Positions 10,237 to 20,442 are shown, numbered from the stretch's first letter. The stretch: 41,934 nucleotides of DNA from an uncultured bacterium (GCA_964010765.1 CAXGMD010000019.1:1-41934); one strand, 5' to 3'. The notes: generated from the letters alone by a model not told the origin. A program made the numbers and translations.

Positions 10237-10611
10237 ATGACACCCAAAGAAGTTGTCCAAAAAGCATATGACTGTTTCTCTACAGGAGACATGGCCACAT
10301 TCAAAACTTTGTTTAGTGATAGTGCAATAATCAAAAACAACGGTATGCATAAATTTTCAAGGACTTATCAAGGTGCTGATGATTTCATCAATAACCTGTT
10401 AGCACACATTCCCAGCCATTTCGTAAATTTCAAGGTCGAGACTGTTCAAATGATCTCAGAGGGCAATCACGTCTTTTCGATGTTGCATGCAACCGCAGAT
10501 GGAATGGACGCTAATTTTGGACATTTTTTCAAAGTCGAAAATGAAAAAATCACAGAGTTTCATATATTTGATGATTCTCAAAAATTAGCATCCATCATGA
10601 AGGCTATGTAA
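10237..10611 (+). CDS. SnoaL-like / NTF2-fold protein
   Basis: VVQKAYDCFSTGDM start, ISEGNHV, HFFKVENEKITEF...D pattern; RBS GGAG. Confidence 0.88.
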   Translation: MTPKEVVQKAYDCFSTGDMATFKTLFSDSAIIKNNGMHKFSRTYQGADDFINNLLAHIPSHFVNFKVETVQMISEGNHVFSMLHATADGMDANFGHFFKVENEKITEFHIFDDSQKLASIMKAM

Positions 10612-10626
10612 CCTCTTGATAGCACA

Positions 10627-10652
10627 GCAGTTCCGCATTTAAGCGGAACTGC
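10627..10652. terminator. GC-rich hairpin after SnoaL gene
   Basis: GCAGTTCCGC-ATTTAA-GCGGAACTGC perfect 10-bp stem. Confidence 0.6.
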
Positions 10653-10710
10653 AAATCAAAAATGAAGTTCTCCAACAATTTTTTCAAAAATCATTCAGAG
10701 GAGTTGCGCT

Positions 10711-10995
10711 ATGGCGATTGCCGTCAGACACATATTTGAACCTACAGATGATGGTGTCTTTGACCCTGAAGAACATAGGCGTTTAGCAAATGATTTTCCC
10801 GCAGGAAGACTGCCCGGAGTTCGAAGCGTTATTGTCTATCGCAACACTGAACAACAAATCATGGTTGGTGAAGCTATTTTAGAAAACGAAACCACTCTTA
10901 AAACTTGGGAAGATTGGAACAACTCTATTGAAGGACAAGAGTGGGGCCAAAGATTCATGAGAACTGGAAAGTTCGTAAAGAGAGTAATCTTTTAG
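10711..10995 (+). CDS. Hypothetical protein, possible dimeric alpha+beta barrel
   Basis: RBS GAGGAG; LPGVRSVIVY and alternating beta/alpha pattern. Confidence 0.65.
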   Translation: MAIAVRHIFEPTDDGVFDPEEHRRLANDFPAGRLPGVRSVIVYRNTEQQIMVGEAILENETTLKTWEDWNNSIEGQEWGQRFMRTGKFVKRVIF

Positions 10996-11048
10996 ATTGT
11001 GGAATAAATTTTCACGTCTCGATAAAGCTACCAAATTTGAGAAGAACA

Positions 11049-11192
11049 ATGATCTTGATAGATGCCATTGCTTTTGGCTTATCTGTTTTGATCATCGAAC
11101 TCATAGTATTTTTGCCTACGGTAGACCTTATAGACGCTGAGCCCCTGAACGATCTATCTGCTCAATTACTACCGCAACCAATTACTAGCTAG
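11049..11192 (+). CDS. Possible small membrane protein (47 aa)
   Basis: ATG after GAGAAG; hydrophobic ILIDAIAFGLSVLIIELIVFL. Confidence 0.3.
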   Translation: MILIDAIAFGLSVLIIELIVFLPTVDLIDAEPLNDLSAQLLPQPITS

Positions 11193-11233
11193 CGAAATAT
11201 CTGGCTTACTTCTGGTTTTTATTGGATTCCCCT

Positions 11234-11262
11234 TTGACATTTTGAAGATGCCCATTAATCCT
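11234..11262 (+). promoter_or_regulatory. Putative sigma70 promoter of duplicated module, copy 2
   Basis: TTGACA, 17-nt spacer, AATCCT; matches 1782-1810. Confidence 0.5.
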
Positions 11263-11319
11263 GAGAAAGACATTTTTCCTAGAAGCTAAAAACGTGAATC
11301 CATCATCAAGGAGTTGAAG

Positions 11320-11514
11320 ATGAGCAATATAGGTTTTCCCTGTAGCGAAAATTGGAGGAGGAGGATGTACAAGAAAATGGTGAACCCATTAGCACACGGA
11401 GTCAGCAAGCATCATCTAATGAAAGATCCACCTGCGTCTGAACAGTCAGATGATGTAAGTCGATCATGGGAGAATGCAACCCAACAGGCACTTTACGACA
11501 AAGGGAACGACTGA
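11320..11514 (+). CDS. Small hypothetical protein (64 aa), paralog of 1864-2067
   Basis: RBS AAGGAG before ATG 11320; shared C-terminal motif RSWENATQQALYDK. Confidence 0.7.
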   Translation: MSNIGFPCSENWRRRMYKKMVNPLAHGVSKHHLMKDPPASEQSDDVSRSWENATQQALYDKGND

Positions 11515-11774
11515 AAAATCTGAAAGGATTTTAATTATCAGCTTCTTCCTCTAACAGTGTGCAGGCCACAAACCCCTCATATTTCCAATTTGTTTAGGGT
11601 TGGGCGGCACCAACGATCAAGTGGCGGTAGAAAAACCATTTCCTGTAATTCAAATGACCAAGGTTTGGAAAAGATCTCTAATGTGAGATAGAGAACTATT
11701 AGAACTTCCAGTTTTTTGCCAGGCACCAGCTGAGTTGCAGAAGTCTTTATCAAGCTTTGAGTTCACCTCGTCTT

Positions 11775-12836
11775 TTAAAACATTAGTGTTTGTCCATGCT
11801 CAAGAACACGGAATTCCATTGGGTTGATTTGTTGTTTCAAGAGTTCCTGGAATAATCTCTGCGGTGGTTCAAGAAGTGGTTCCTCCGTCAAGTTCAAAAA
11901 GGTTCCCCAATGCATTCCTATGGATTGGCGACTCTCATTATCAATGTGAATTTTGACAGCCTCTTCTGGATTAACATGCATATCCTTAATAAACCATCGT
12001 GGTGCATATGCCCAATTAGGGGTTAATGAAAGTTCCATCGGTCCAAAATGCTTACCGATTTCTACAAAATCTTTTGAATAGCCAGTATTTCCGGCAAAAA
12101 ATAATTTTTGATCAGGAGAACGCACGACCCACCCCGCCCAAAGAGTTTTGTTTGTATCAAACAAAACTCGTTTGCTCCAGTGCTGAACAGGAACTACTGT
12201 AAAATTCCACTGGCCAATCTGTTCACTTTGCCACCAATCTAGTTCAATCACCTTCTCAGTAATTCCAATGTCTGCAACCCAACTTTTCAAACCTAGTGGA
12301 ACCAGAAAATAAGGAGGTTTTTCTGGCTGTTGCTTCTTAAGTGCTAACACAGTCTTACGATCGAGGTGATCACAGTGATTGTGTGAAATTATAACGAAAT
12401 CAATCGATGGTGATTCCCTCAATTCTTTTGCTGGAGGATTGAGTCGCTTAGGCCCAATGAATTCTAATGGGGATGCACGATCAGTGAGGTGAGGGTCGGT
12501 CATCAGGTTGATGCCCAAGTGTTGCCAAAGAAAGGTTGAATGCCCCACCTAAGTGAGTGTTGATTCGGTTCGATTATTTTTCAAAAATCCAATCTGGGGT
12601 TGAATTTGCCTGAGGCTTACTGGCTGTTGAATAACCCTATCGCAGAACCGACTCCAGTATTTGGAAAGATCTTTGGTCATTCTTTCAGGGGGTAAATAAT
12701 TATTTTGGAATCCTGAAGGAGTGTGATGGGAAGGACTATCGATGGAAGATCCTTTTTGAGAATTACAACCACTTGATACAATCAAAAAGATCAATAGAAA
12801 CCAGCCAAGATAGCAAGTATATTTCATTAGTTTCAC
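11775..12836 (-). pseudogene. MBL-fold metallo-hydrolase (RomA/NAPE-PLD-like lipoprotein), interrupted by in-frame TAG
   Basis: Lipobox SSGC, HHTPSGFQN; TLT*VGHSTF at 12549-12551 where Trp is expected; ISHNHCDHLD, QHWSKR, MHWGTF. Confidence 0.87.
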
Positions 12837-13154
12837 TCAGACAATTGTTTCAACATTTACGCAAGGATTATAGGTTTTTGAAGAAGTTTCACTCGTTGAA
12901 TATCGACAATTCAGGAACTTTCCAAAGTTTTAAATTCTGCCAAGTTTAGTGAATTATTCTTCCGCTCCTGTGGCTAATTTGATTATTAAAAACTACCGGA
13001 ATAAAAGATTTACAAAGCCTGATTAGTTTGAACTAATGGATTTAAATCAATAATTAAGATATTAAGAAGTAAAAAAATTTTCTAGAAAATAACTCCACTA
13101 AATTATCATGTAAGACTTTGATGATTAATTCAAAAGTTTAACTAGAGAATAGGC

Positions 13155-13742
13155 ATGTTCCAGTCTTAAAAAATTTATTTAAGTGTATTAGCCATAACTT
13201 TTGCCTATCCAGCCTTTTCATTTCAGAATCCACTTAACCTATATGATTTCAGCGCATCGAAATCCTCTGGAAGTTGGATGATTGTAAATGATGTGGTGAT
13301 GGGAGGTGTCTCAAGATCACAATTAAGCCTCAGCTCAACTGGGACCCTACTTTTTGAAGGCAACATTTCACTCGATTACGGTGGTGGCTTCGCCTCCGTG
13401 AGATCCGTTTTCAATACTCTAGACGCGGAAAACTTCAATGGGATCCTAATCATGGTGAAAGGAGATGGAAAAACATATCAACTTCTGGTGCGGCAGCAGA
13501 AACAGTTTGATGGAGTAGCTTTCTTTCAACGTTTTGAGACAACAAAAGGGGAGTGGTTGGAGATTTTTTTGCCCTTTAATCGTTTTCAAGCTACCTATCG
13601 AGGTAGACTGTTACTTGATCATCCTAAACTTAATCGAAAAGAAATTTCTCAAATTGGTTTAATGATCAGTGATAAACAAAAAGGAGAATTTAGTTTAGAA
13701 GTTAAACGTATTGCCTTCTTAGATAAGCAAGAGGCTATATAA
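13155..13742 (+). pseudogene. CIA30 family protein; signal-peptide coding region interrupted by TAA (could reinitiate at ATG 13278)
   Basis: ND.VMGG.S, GGFASVR, VKGDGKTY, F.ATYRGR motifs; in-frame upstream MFQS*KIYLSVLAITFAYPAFS with LYDF before W.IVND. Confidence 0.7.
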
Positions 13743-13870
13743 AATTTTGAAAAATTTTGATTCCTAAAAGGATTGTTTATGTTTCAAAGAATCCATAGAT
13801 CTTTACTCTAAATATTTTTCTCACCAGCAATAAATTAAAATTCTCCTTAAATTACCTATTATTTAGGAGC

Positions 13871-14707
13871 ATGATGAAAGAATTCAGACTGTCACCTAAA
13901 CAAGTTGATAATTTCCTTGATGATGGTTTCTTGATCATTCCAAATTTGTTAGATGCTGAAGAGACAGAACTACTTTTAACTGCGGCTAGTGCTGATCCAA
14001 TGATGAAGGAGAATGTCTTTGATGTTAGCGATCGGAAAGGACAAACCAGCCAAATGACACTTTGGAATCATCCAGGCGAGGATCTTTGGGGAATCGTAAG
14101 CCGCTCAAACCGTATCGTAGCCTCAATGGAACAACTACTGGAAGGAGAGGTTTATCACTACCATTCCAAACTTATCCTGAAAAAACCAAATGAAGGAGGT
14201 GCTTGGGAGTGGCACCAAGATTATGGCTATTGGTACAAGAATGGGTGCTTATTTCCTGACATGGCAAGTTGCTGGATCGCCATGAATAAGGCCGATAGAG
14301 AAAATGGATGTCTTCAGGTCATTCGGGGTTCTCACAAAGCAGGTCGTATCGAACATGGTGTTTATTCAACCCAACACTGCGCTGACCCTGAACGTGTTGA
14401 ACAGCTACTTGATCGGTTAGATCTAATCTACTGTGAACTAGAACCGGGTTCCGCCGTTTTTTTCCATTGTAACACGCTTCACCGATCCGATGCTAACATC
14501 AGCGAGCGAAACCGCTGGAATCTAATCTGCTGCTATAACGCCGCTAGGAATGATCCCTATTTTCCATCACATCATCCCCAATACACTCCGATGAAAAAAG
14601 TCCCTGACAATGCGATCAAACAAATGGGGCTTAAACTTAGTGGCAGCCCTGAATCATTCTACAAACCCGATGAATCGAGCAGTGCAAGAGCTCATACAGC
14701 AAAGTGA
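13871..14707 (+). CDS. Phytanoyl-CoA dioxygenase family Fe(II)/2OG dioxygenase (proline/ectoine hydroxylase-like)
   Basis: WEWHQDYGYWY (HxD), ENGCLQVIRGSH, LHRSDAN. Confidence 0.9.
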   Translation: MMKEFRLSPKQVDNFLDDGFLIIPNLLDAEETELLLTAASADPMMKENVFDVSDRKGQTSQMTLWNHPGEDLWGIVSRSNRIVASMEQLLEGEVYHYHSKLILKKPNEGGAWEWHQDYGYWYKNGCLFPDMASCWIAMNKADRENGCLQVIRGSHKAGRIEHGVYSTQHCADPERVEQLLDRLDLIYCELEPGSAVFFHCNTLHRSDANISERNRWNLICCYNAARNDPYFPSHHPQYTPMKKVPDNAIKQMGLKLSGSPESFYKPDESSSARAHTAK

Positions 14708-14893
14708 ATACATGAGAGTTGTTCAGTGTTGTTAAAGTTGAGTTCTGCTAGCTACTCCTCGATTTTGAAGTGAACAATGGGAGAATCTCCAATAGAAGAT
14801 GAGGGAAATAGGGGATGTAGCGGAACACCTTTGTAGATCCTATTGCGAACCAGCCAATTTGAAGGGTGAGATTTATTGGATTTTTTCATGTTT

Positions 14894-15358
14894 TTAAAAT
14901 CTTTCTAACCTTGGAATCCATTTTCCTTGAGCTTTCAGCCGCTCACAAAGCTCCCAAAGAGCAATTTTGTTGGAGTCGTATTTAAGAAGCTTTTGTGCTT
15001 CGGTGGCATCACACCAACAATAATCACTATGCTCAGATGACAAAGTAGGTTCCCCAGTGACTTCGACTGAGAATGCATACTCCGGAACTACAAGCAGGTG
15101 ATTGGGCCAGTGCTTGTGATCATTAAATATTATTTTTGGGAGGGTACACATTGAATCAAGTTGCAGCCAGTTTTTGCCCAAAAGTGCTGTTTCCTCATTC
15201 AATTCTCTTTTAGCAGCCTCCAGAGAGGTCTCATTATCTTCCCCACCACCTGATATGGGCTGCCAGAAGCCAAGATCTTTTCGTAGACAGATGAGAAAAA
15301 GGACGGTTTCATCCTGCTGCTTGTAAGGAAAAACCAAAACTTGAAATGGTGCTCTCAT
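14894..15358 (-). CDS. Nudix hydrolase (NudB/dATP pyrophosphohydrolase-like)
   Basis: WQPISGGGEDNETSLEAAKRELNEE Nudix box; LSSEHSDY. Confidence 0.9.
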   Translation of the reverse strand: MRAPFQVLVFPYKQQDETVLFLICLRKDLGFWQPISGGGEDNETSLEAAKRELNEETALLGKNWLQLDSMCTLPKIIFNDHKHWPNHLLVVPEYAFSVEVTGEPTLSSEHSDYCWCDATEAQKLLKYDSNKIALWELCERLKAQGKWIPRLERF

Positions 15359-15702
15359 TCATTTTCCCCAATCACACTGAGGTGTTCATTACTTGAGTTG
15401 TAGAAATCCGCCGCACATCAGCAAGATTTCTAAAAATCTATTTCATAACAATATTTTAAGCTTCAATTTACAAAAACAGTGAGAACCTTTTGGCTTCCCC
15501 GGAGCGTGCTTGCCAACTTTTGAATTTTGGAGATTCTTCCTCATTCTTGGTCCAGGAATCAATAGCTATCGTCCTAGGAATGATCAAAGATTTTGATGAC
15601 TATGCTGGATTTTTGAACAAGGCTCGTGTCATCGTATATAATTGAATTTTTTTAGAGTAATCCAGACTCATTATCACAGTTTAATTTTTAGTGAGGTGTG
15701 TT

Positions 15703-16578
15703 TTGACTGAAAAAAAGTGGATCGAAAAAATAGTTGCCCCAAGGGAGAAGCACTGGGTTGGTGATGGTTTTCATGTTAGTACAATTTTTTCTATGCACTC
15801 TGAGGATACCGAAAGTATCAGTCCATTTTTGATGATGGATCATGCTGCACCCAAATATTTTCCACCAACCCAGAGGAAACGTGGAGTTGGAGAGCACCCC
15901 CATAGGGGTTTTGAAACCGTAACTTTTGCAATCAAAGGGGAGGTGGAGCATCGGGACTCTGGGGGTGGTGGAGGCACGATCACCACTGGGGGAATTCAGT
16001 GGATGACTGCAGGTTCAGGGGTTGTTCACGATGAATTCCACTCAAGCAAGTTTTCTCAAAAAGGAGGTGATTTTGAGATGATCCAACTATGGGTCAACCT
16101 TCCTTCAAAATTTAAGATGACCCCACCACGGTATCAGTCCTTTGAGAAAGGTGATTTTCCAATAATTGATCATGGAGATCTTGGAATGAGCGTCAAGGTT
16201 ATTGCGGGAACCTTTGGCACAGTCACTTCCCCAGTGAAGACTTTTTCCCCAATCAACATGTATGAACTCAACGGTCCATCCAGTTCCCAGCTAGAAATAA
16301 CACTACCTGTAGGGAGCAACACCCTAGTTTTTCAACTTTCGGGCAAGTCATCTATCGCAGATCAGCAGATCGAAAAAGGGAATCTTGCCATTCTTAGCAA
16401 ATCAGGAAATTCTTTTAATCTACAACTTCTTGAGGAATCTAAAGTGATGATTCTAAGTGGAGAACCCCTTGGCGAGCCTGTCGCGGCTTATGGGCCTTTC
16501 GTAATGAACACACGCCAAGAATTAATGGAAGCATTCAAAGACTTTCAGGCAGGTAAAATGGGGCAGTTGGTCAACTAG
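15703..16578 (+). CDS. Pirin family protein
   Basis: HPHRGFETVT, QWMTAGSGVVHDE, GPFVMNT; TTG start after RBS GAGGT. Confidence 0.95.
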   Translation: MTEKKWIEKIVAPREKHWVGDGFHVSTIFSMHSEDTESISPFLMMDHAAPKYFPPTQRKRGVGEHPHRGFETVTFAIKGEVEHRDSGGGGGTITTGGIQWMTAGSGVVHDEFHSSKFSQKGGDFEMIQLWVNLPSKFKMTPPRYQSFEKGDFPIIDHGDLGMSVKVIAGTFGTVTSPVKTFSPINMYELNGPSSSQLEITLPVGSNTLVFQLSGKSSIADQQIEKGNLAILSKSGNSFNLQLLEESKVMILSGEPLGEPVAAYGPFVMNTRQELMEAFKDFQAGKMGQLVN

Positions 16579-16801
16579 GTTGGTTAAAACAGGTGGCAAA
16601 ATGTTGGTTGGAAAACACAATAATATTCAATGTGATGAAATTAAAATTTGGTCAATTCCGTTTACCAAGTAAGCGAAAAAGTTCTCTAGTTTGATGGCTA
16701 ATTTCTAATTTATAAACGACAACACCCTTTTTCACATCTTAATTGATAATCCCCTTCTACCGGTCAATCCAAATTTCCTTATTTGACTCTCCGGAGAAGC
16801 T

Positions 16802-17815
16802 TTGGATTCAGTGACACAAGCCGTCTTAGGTGGCGCAGTCAGTTACGCTGTCTTAGGTCGTCGCCTTGGCAAACGTGCCGTACTCTGTGGCATGTCACTG
16901 GGAACCCTGCCTGATCTCGACGTGCTGATTGATTTTGGTGGGCCAATTGAGAACATGACCCACCATCGCGGTTTTTCTCACTCCTTTTTAGTGCAAGCTT
17001 TAGTAGCCCCGCTTTTTGTCGTACTTTTATCACGATTGCCTAGCGGCCGTGACACTTCCTGGATCCGTTGGTACCTTGCAGTATATCTATCTTTTGCCAC
17101 CCATTCCCTTGTAGATTTATTCACGGTTTATGGCACACAGATCCTCTGGCCTCTGACAGATCACCCGTTTGCACACTCAATTTTATTTATTGTAGATCCC
17201 TTCTATACCATCCCACTTTTGTTTGCCGTAATTAGCACATTTCTGATGCGTGACCGAAATCAAGCCTTGAGACTCAATGCCTACATGCTAGGACTCTCCA
17301 CCCTCTACCTCGTATGGAGTACCGGAGCCAAGTGGATAATTGATCATCGAGTCCAAATGGCATTGGCTGACCGTGGGATTTCTGCTCAAGTATATGAGTC
17401 CACACCTGCCCCTCTGAACACACTATTATGGCGTGGCGTCGCAGTGGAGGGTGATCAATACTTCGAAATTTGGGCATCTATCTTTGATGAGGTGAACCAG
17501 ATTCAGATTCGTGGATTCCCTCGCAACATAGATCTACTTTTACCCATCGAGAATCACCCGAATGTAGAGCGTCTGCGCTGGTTTACTAAAGGTCAATACA
17601 AGGTTTGGCGATCAGATGATCAGATAATCATCTCTGATCTTCGGATGGGGGTTGAGGGAGCTTATGTGTTTAATTTCGAAGTCGGTCGAGAAATCAACAA
17701 TCAAACAAAGATTGGCAGTTTTCAACAAATTCCACAGAGACCAGATTTTGCCGGCTTGCAGTCTGTCTTGGCTCGGATATTTGATCCAACAGTCAGTATA
17801 TCCAATCCCAATTAG
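16802..17815 (+). CDS. YdjM family membrane-bound metal-dependent hydrolase
   Basis: MDSVTQAVLG, LPDLDV, HHRGFSHS, TH...D.FT.YGT. Confidence 0.92.
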   Translation: MDSVTQAVLGGAVSYAVLGRRLGKRAVLCGMSLGTLPDLDVLIDFGGPIENMTHHRGFSHSFLVQALVAPLFVVLLSRLPSGRDTSWIRWYLAVYLSFATHSLVDLFTVYGTQILWPLTDHPFAHSILFIVDPFYTIPLLFAVISTFLMRDRNQALRLNAYMLGLSTLYLVWSTGAKWIIDHRVQMALADRGISAQVYESTPAPLNTLLWRGVAVEGDQYFEIWASIFDEVNQIQIRGFPRNIDLLLPIENHPNVERLRWFTKGQYKVWRSDDQIIISDLRMGVEGAYVFNFEVGREINNQTKIGSFQQIPQRPDFAGLQSVLARIFDPTVSISNPN

Positions 17816-18354
17816 GCCTGCCTCTGCTTTTTGAACGAGAAATTGATTGAAAAATATTAAAGGTGAGAGAGCCAGTTGTGAGAAATTATGAAGCTGAGTT
17901 CATATCATAGAAACCCTCCCAACATTGCCACTTAGTCATTGTGAATTTCGCATCCTGCATCAGTTGATCTTCAATCAAGTCAATTATCCATCTTTGTTGG
18001 CTCTTACAATCACTTTGAGTTTGTAAGCTGTTAGCCGAAGATTTCAGCCGATCTTTTCTGTTTCGCCCCCCGACTTCCTCCCCAATCAATCATCCTTAGA
18101 TTAAAGTCTAGCTGTATTAAAGAAACGTTGACCAATGTGTCTGGGTCATGAGTTCATTTACAATCTTTAATGGAGAAAGTCATGTCAAAATCTTTCAAAA
18201 TAAATTTCGAATATATAATTGGGTTCTTAATCATAGCTGTGCATTGCTTAGCCATCCTCTGATTTCTGGGAAGCCTCAGTAAAATTTAAAGTTCGGTTGA
18301 TCAGTATTTAGGTAATGTGAGTCCACAAACCCAATTTTCCAACAAGGGAAACAA

Positions 18355-18510
18355 ATGAAATTCATGATATCAATCAAATCCAAACTAATTGATTGGGCGC
18401 TACTTTTTAAACCGAAACCTGTCGAGCCTTCTCTATCGGAGACTGACGCTCCACAGGGCCTGTCTCAACAGCAGCAGTTTCTGCGGGAAATCAGATCTTT
18501 ATTTACCTGA
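18355..18510 (+). CDS. Possible small protein (51 aa), below ORF-track cutoff
   Basis: ATG after AAGGGA; MKFMISIKSKLIDWALLFKPKPVEPSLSETDAPQGLSQQQQFLREIRSLFT. Confidence 0.4.
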   Translation: MKFMISIKSKLIDWALLFKPKPVEPSLSETDAPQGLSQQQQFLREIRSLFT

Positions 18511-18739
18511 TATAATTTACAAAAAGCAGATTCTAATTTCCATTGTGATCAATTTTGACTGGCAAATGGCCGATTCTCGTCAAGCTTAGTGTACAACTGA
18601 GATTGCCCACCCTAAGGAATGCTCAATTACCCAAAGCCATCAATGAGCGAAAATCTCATTCCAAATCAGCTAGTTTCCTTTGTGGACTCTTGAGGATGAG
18701 CCAGCATCCATCATTAAGTCGAAGCCAAAGATCGAAATT

Positions 18740-19519
18740 TTATTGCGCTGTCCAAGCTCCATCAATCGGTATCGCCATACCAGTGACACTTGCAGCAGCC
18801 TCACTCATCAAATAAAGACATAAATTACCAATTTGTTCCGGAGTCACAAAAGCCTGACTTGGTTGACGTTCCTGAATTAGTAAACTTGCCTCCTCCTCAA
18901 AACTTCTACCACTCATCTCCGATCGGACGTGTATCTGGGATTCTACCAGCGGGGTTTTGACCCATCCAGGGCAGATCGCGTTCACTGTAATTTCATCAGT
19001 AGCACATTCAAGAGCAACTGTTTTCGTCAGACCCACGACACCGTGCTTTGCAGAGACGTAAGCAGATTTATTTGCAGAAGCAACCAAACCATGCACAGAG
19101 GCAATATTGATGATGCGCCCAAAGCACCGACTACGCATACCCTCAATGACGGAAGCAATGGTATGGAAGTGTGCTGTTAGATTAATGGCTATCACATCGT
19201 CCCATTTGGCAACTAGAAATTTTTCAATCGGGGCTACATGTTGAATACCTGCATTGTTGACCAACACATCTATTGGGCCCATTGTCTTTTCGGCAATGAC
19301 AATCATTTTTCTGATAGCCTCTCCATCACGCATATCGGCATCAAAATAATGAACACTAGTGGCGCCCAAATCAGTTAATTTCTCACTAATTGCAATTGTT
19401 TCTTCGAGACAAGCTATGCCATTATAGGCAATTTGGTGCCCTTCAGCAGCAAGAATTTGCGCTATGCCAAGGCCAATACCACTTGTCGCACCAGTGATAA
19501 AAACATTAAAAGTCTTCAT
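18740..19519 (-). CDS. bdhA: D-3-hydroxybutyrate dehydrogenase (SDR)
   Basis: TGATSGIG, NNAGIQH, SVHGLVASANKSAYVSAKHG, CPGWVKTPLVE.Q. Confidence 0.9.
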   Translation of the reverse strand: MKTFNVFITGATSGIGLGIAQILAAEGHQIAYNGIACLEETIAISEKLTDLGATSVHYFDADMRDGEAIRKMIVIAEKTMGPIDVLVNNAGIQHVAPIEKFLVAKWDDVIAINLTAHFHTIASVIEGMRSRCFGRIINIASVHGLVASANKSAYVSAKHGVVGLTKTVALECATDEITVNAICPGWVKTPLVESQIHVRSEMSGRSFEEEASLLIQERQPSQAFVTPEQIGNLCLYLMSEAAASVTGMAIPIDGAWTAQ

Positions 19520-19668
19520 TTAGCCACCTTATAATTTCAAACCATAAAATTTATAATCAAGGGCAAACTGAGTGTACTACGAATACTATCTGTCTAGACT
19601 AATCAAATTAACTTAAAATTAATGATAAATATCAAATTAATGATATATGTGGTGAAATTCGCCATAAA

Positions 19669-20013
19669 GTGGGAAGAGAAATCGTGAATGATGATCTAGT
19701 TTATTCAAGCGAATTAGGCGATTTAAGAAAAGATCAATCTAAAATTTCTAAAGATGATTGTGAGGTTGATGAATCTTCTCTTCAGCTTCTACTTCGGCGG
19801 TTGACTTCCGGTAAAGGTCGAACTGTGATTGAAATCAAAGGCCTGCCAACCAATAAAGAGTGGTGTAAGGGGCTTGCCAAAGAATTGAAGAAAAAAATTG
19901 GTGTTGGTGGCTCTTACAAAAATGATTTCATTGAAATTCATGGTGAAAATTATGAGCAAGTTGCAAAATTCTTAGAGTTAAAAAAGATTTTTTTCAAGAA
20001 AATTGGCGGATAA
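19669..20013 (+). CDS. yciH: SUI1/YciH translation initiation factor
   Basis: LVYSSE, GKGRTVIEIKG, LAKELKKKIGVGGSYK, IEIHG. Confidence 0.85.
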   Translation: MGREIVNDDLVYSSELGDLRKDQSKISKDDCEVDESSLQLLLRRLTSGKGRTVIEIKGLPTNKEWCKGLAKELKKKIGVGGSYKNDFIEIHGENYEQVAKFLELKKIFFKKIGG

Positions 20014-20094
20014 TGGTAGAAAACTTTATTTCATTTTAAATTATCAATTGATGAACCTATTTTATAAATTCAAAAAAGAATTGAAGATTTTTCA

Positions 20095-20442
20095 ATGAAA
20101 AAAAGAATTCTTTTGACAATCCCGTTTTTATTTCTTTCTGCAAATCTCCATGGTTATAAGCCCGAAGATTTGGGAAAACTCCGAGATTCAAAAACTTGTT
20201 CCAAGTGTGACCTCAGTGGAGCCAATTTTTATGAGGCAGATCTTCAGGAAGTTAATCTGAATGGGGCTATTTTGCACCATGCCAATCTAAGAAGATCAAA
20301 CTTGAGCGGTGCAGATCTGAGTGGTGCTATGCTGTTTAGAGCTGATTTATTTGGAGCTAACTTGACCAATGCAAATTTAGAGGGAGCGAAATTCTGCAAT
20401 ACTATCCTCCCCCTAGGATCAATATCCATTAAAGATTGTTGA
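20095..20442 (+). CDS. Secreted pentapeptide repeat protein
   Basis: Signal peptide, CSKCDLSGA cap, A(D/N)Lxx repeats, C-terminal C...DC. Confidence 0.92.
   Translation: MKKRILLTIPFLFLSANLHGYKPEDLGKLRDSKTCSKCDLSGANFYEADLQEVNLNGAILHHANLRRSNLSGADLSGAMLFRADLFGANLTNANLEGAKFCNTILPLGSISIKDC

Noticed and set aside
9157..10652. Integron attC sites or REP family
   Set aside because: The hairpins share no sequence and lack matched RYYYAAC/GTTRRRY ends; no integrase present
7835..13169. Stop-codon recoding (code 25, selenocysteine or pyrrolysine)
   Set aside because: The three internal stops are different codons, two of them at expected Gly and Trp positions, and all three stop codons terminate intact genes normally in this window
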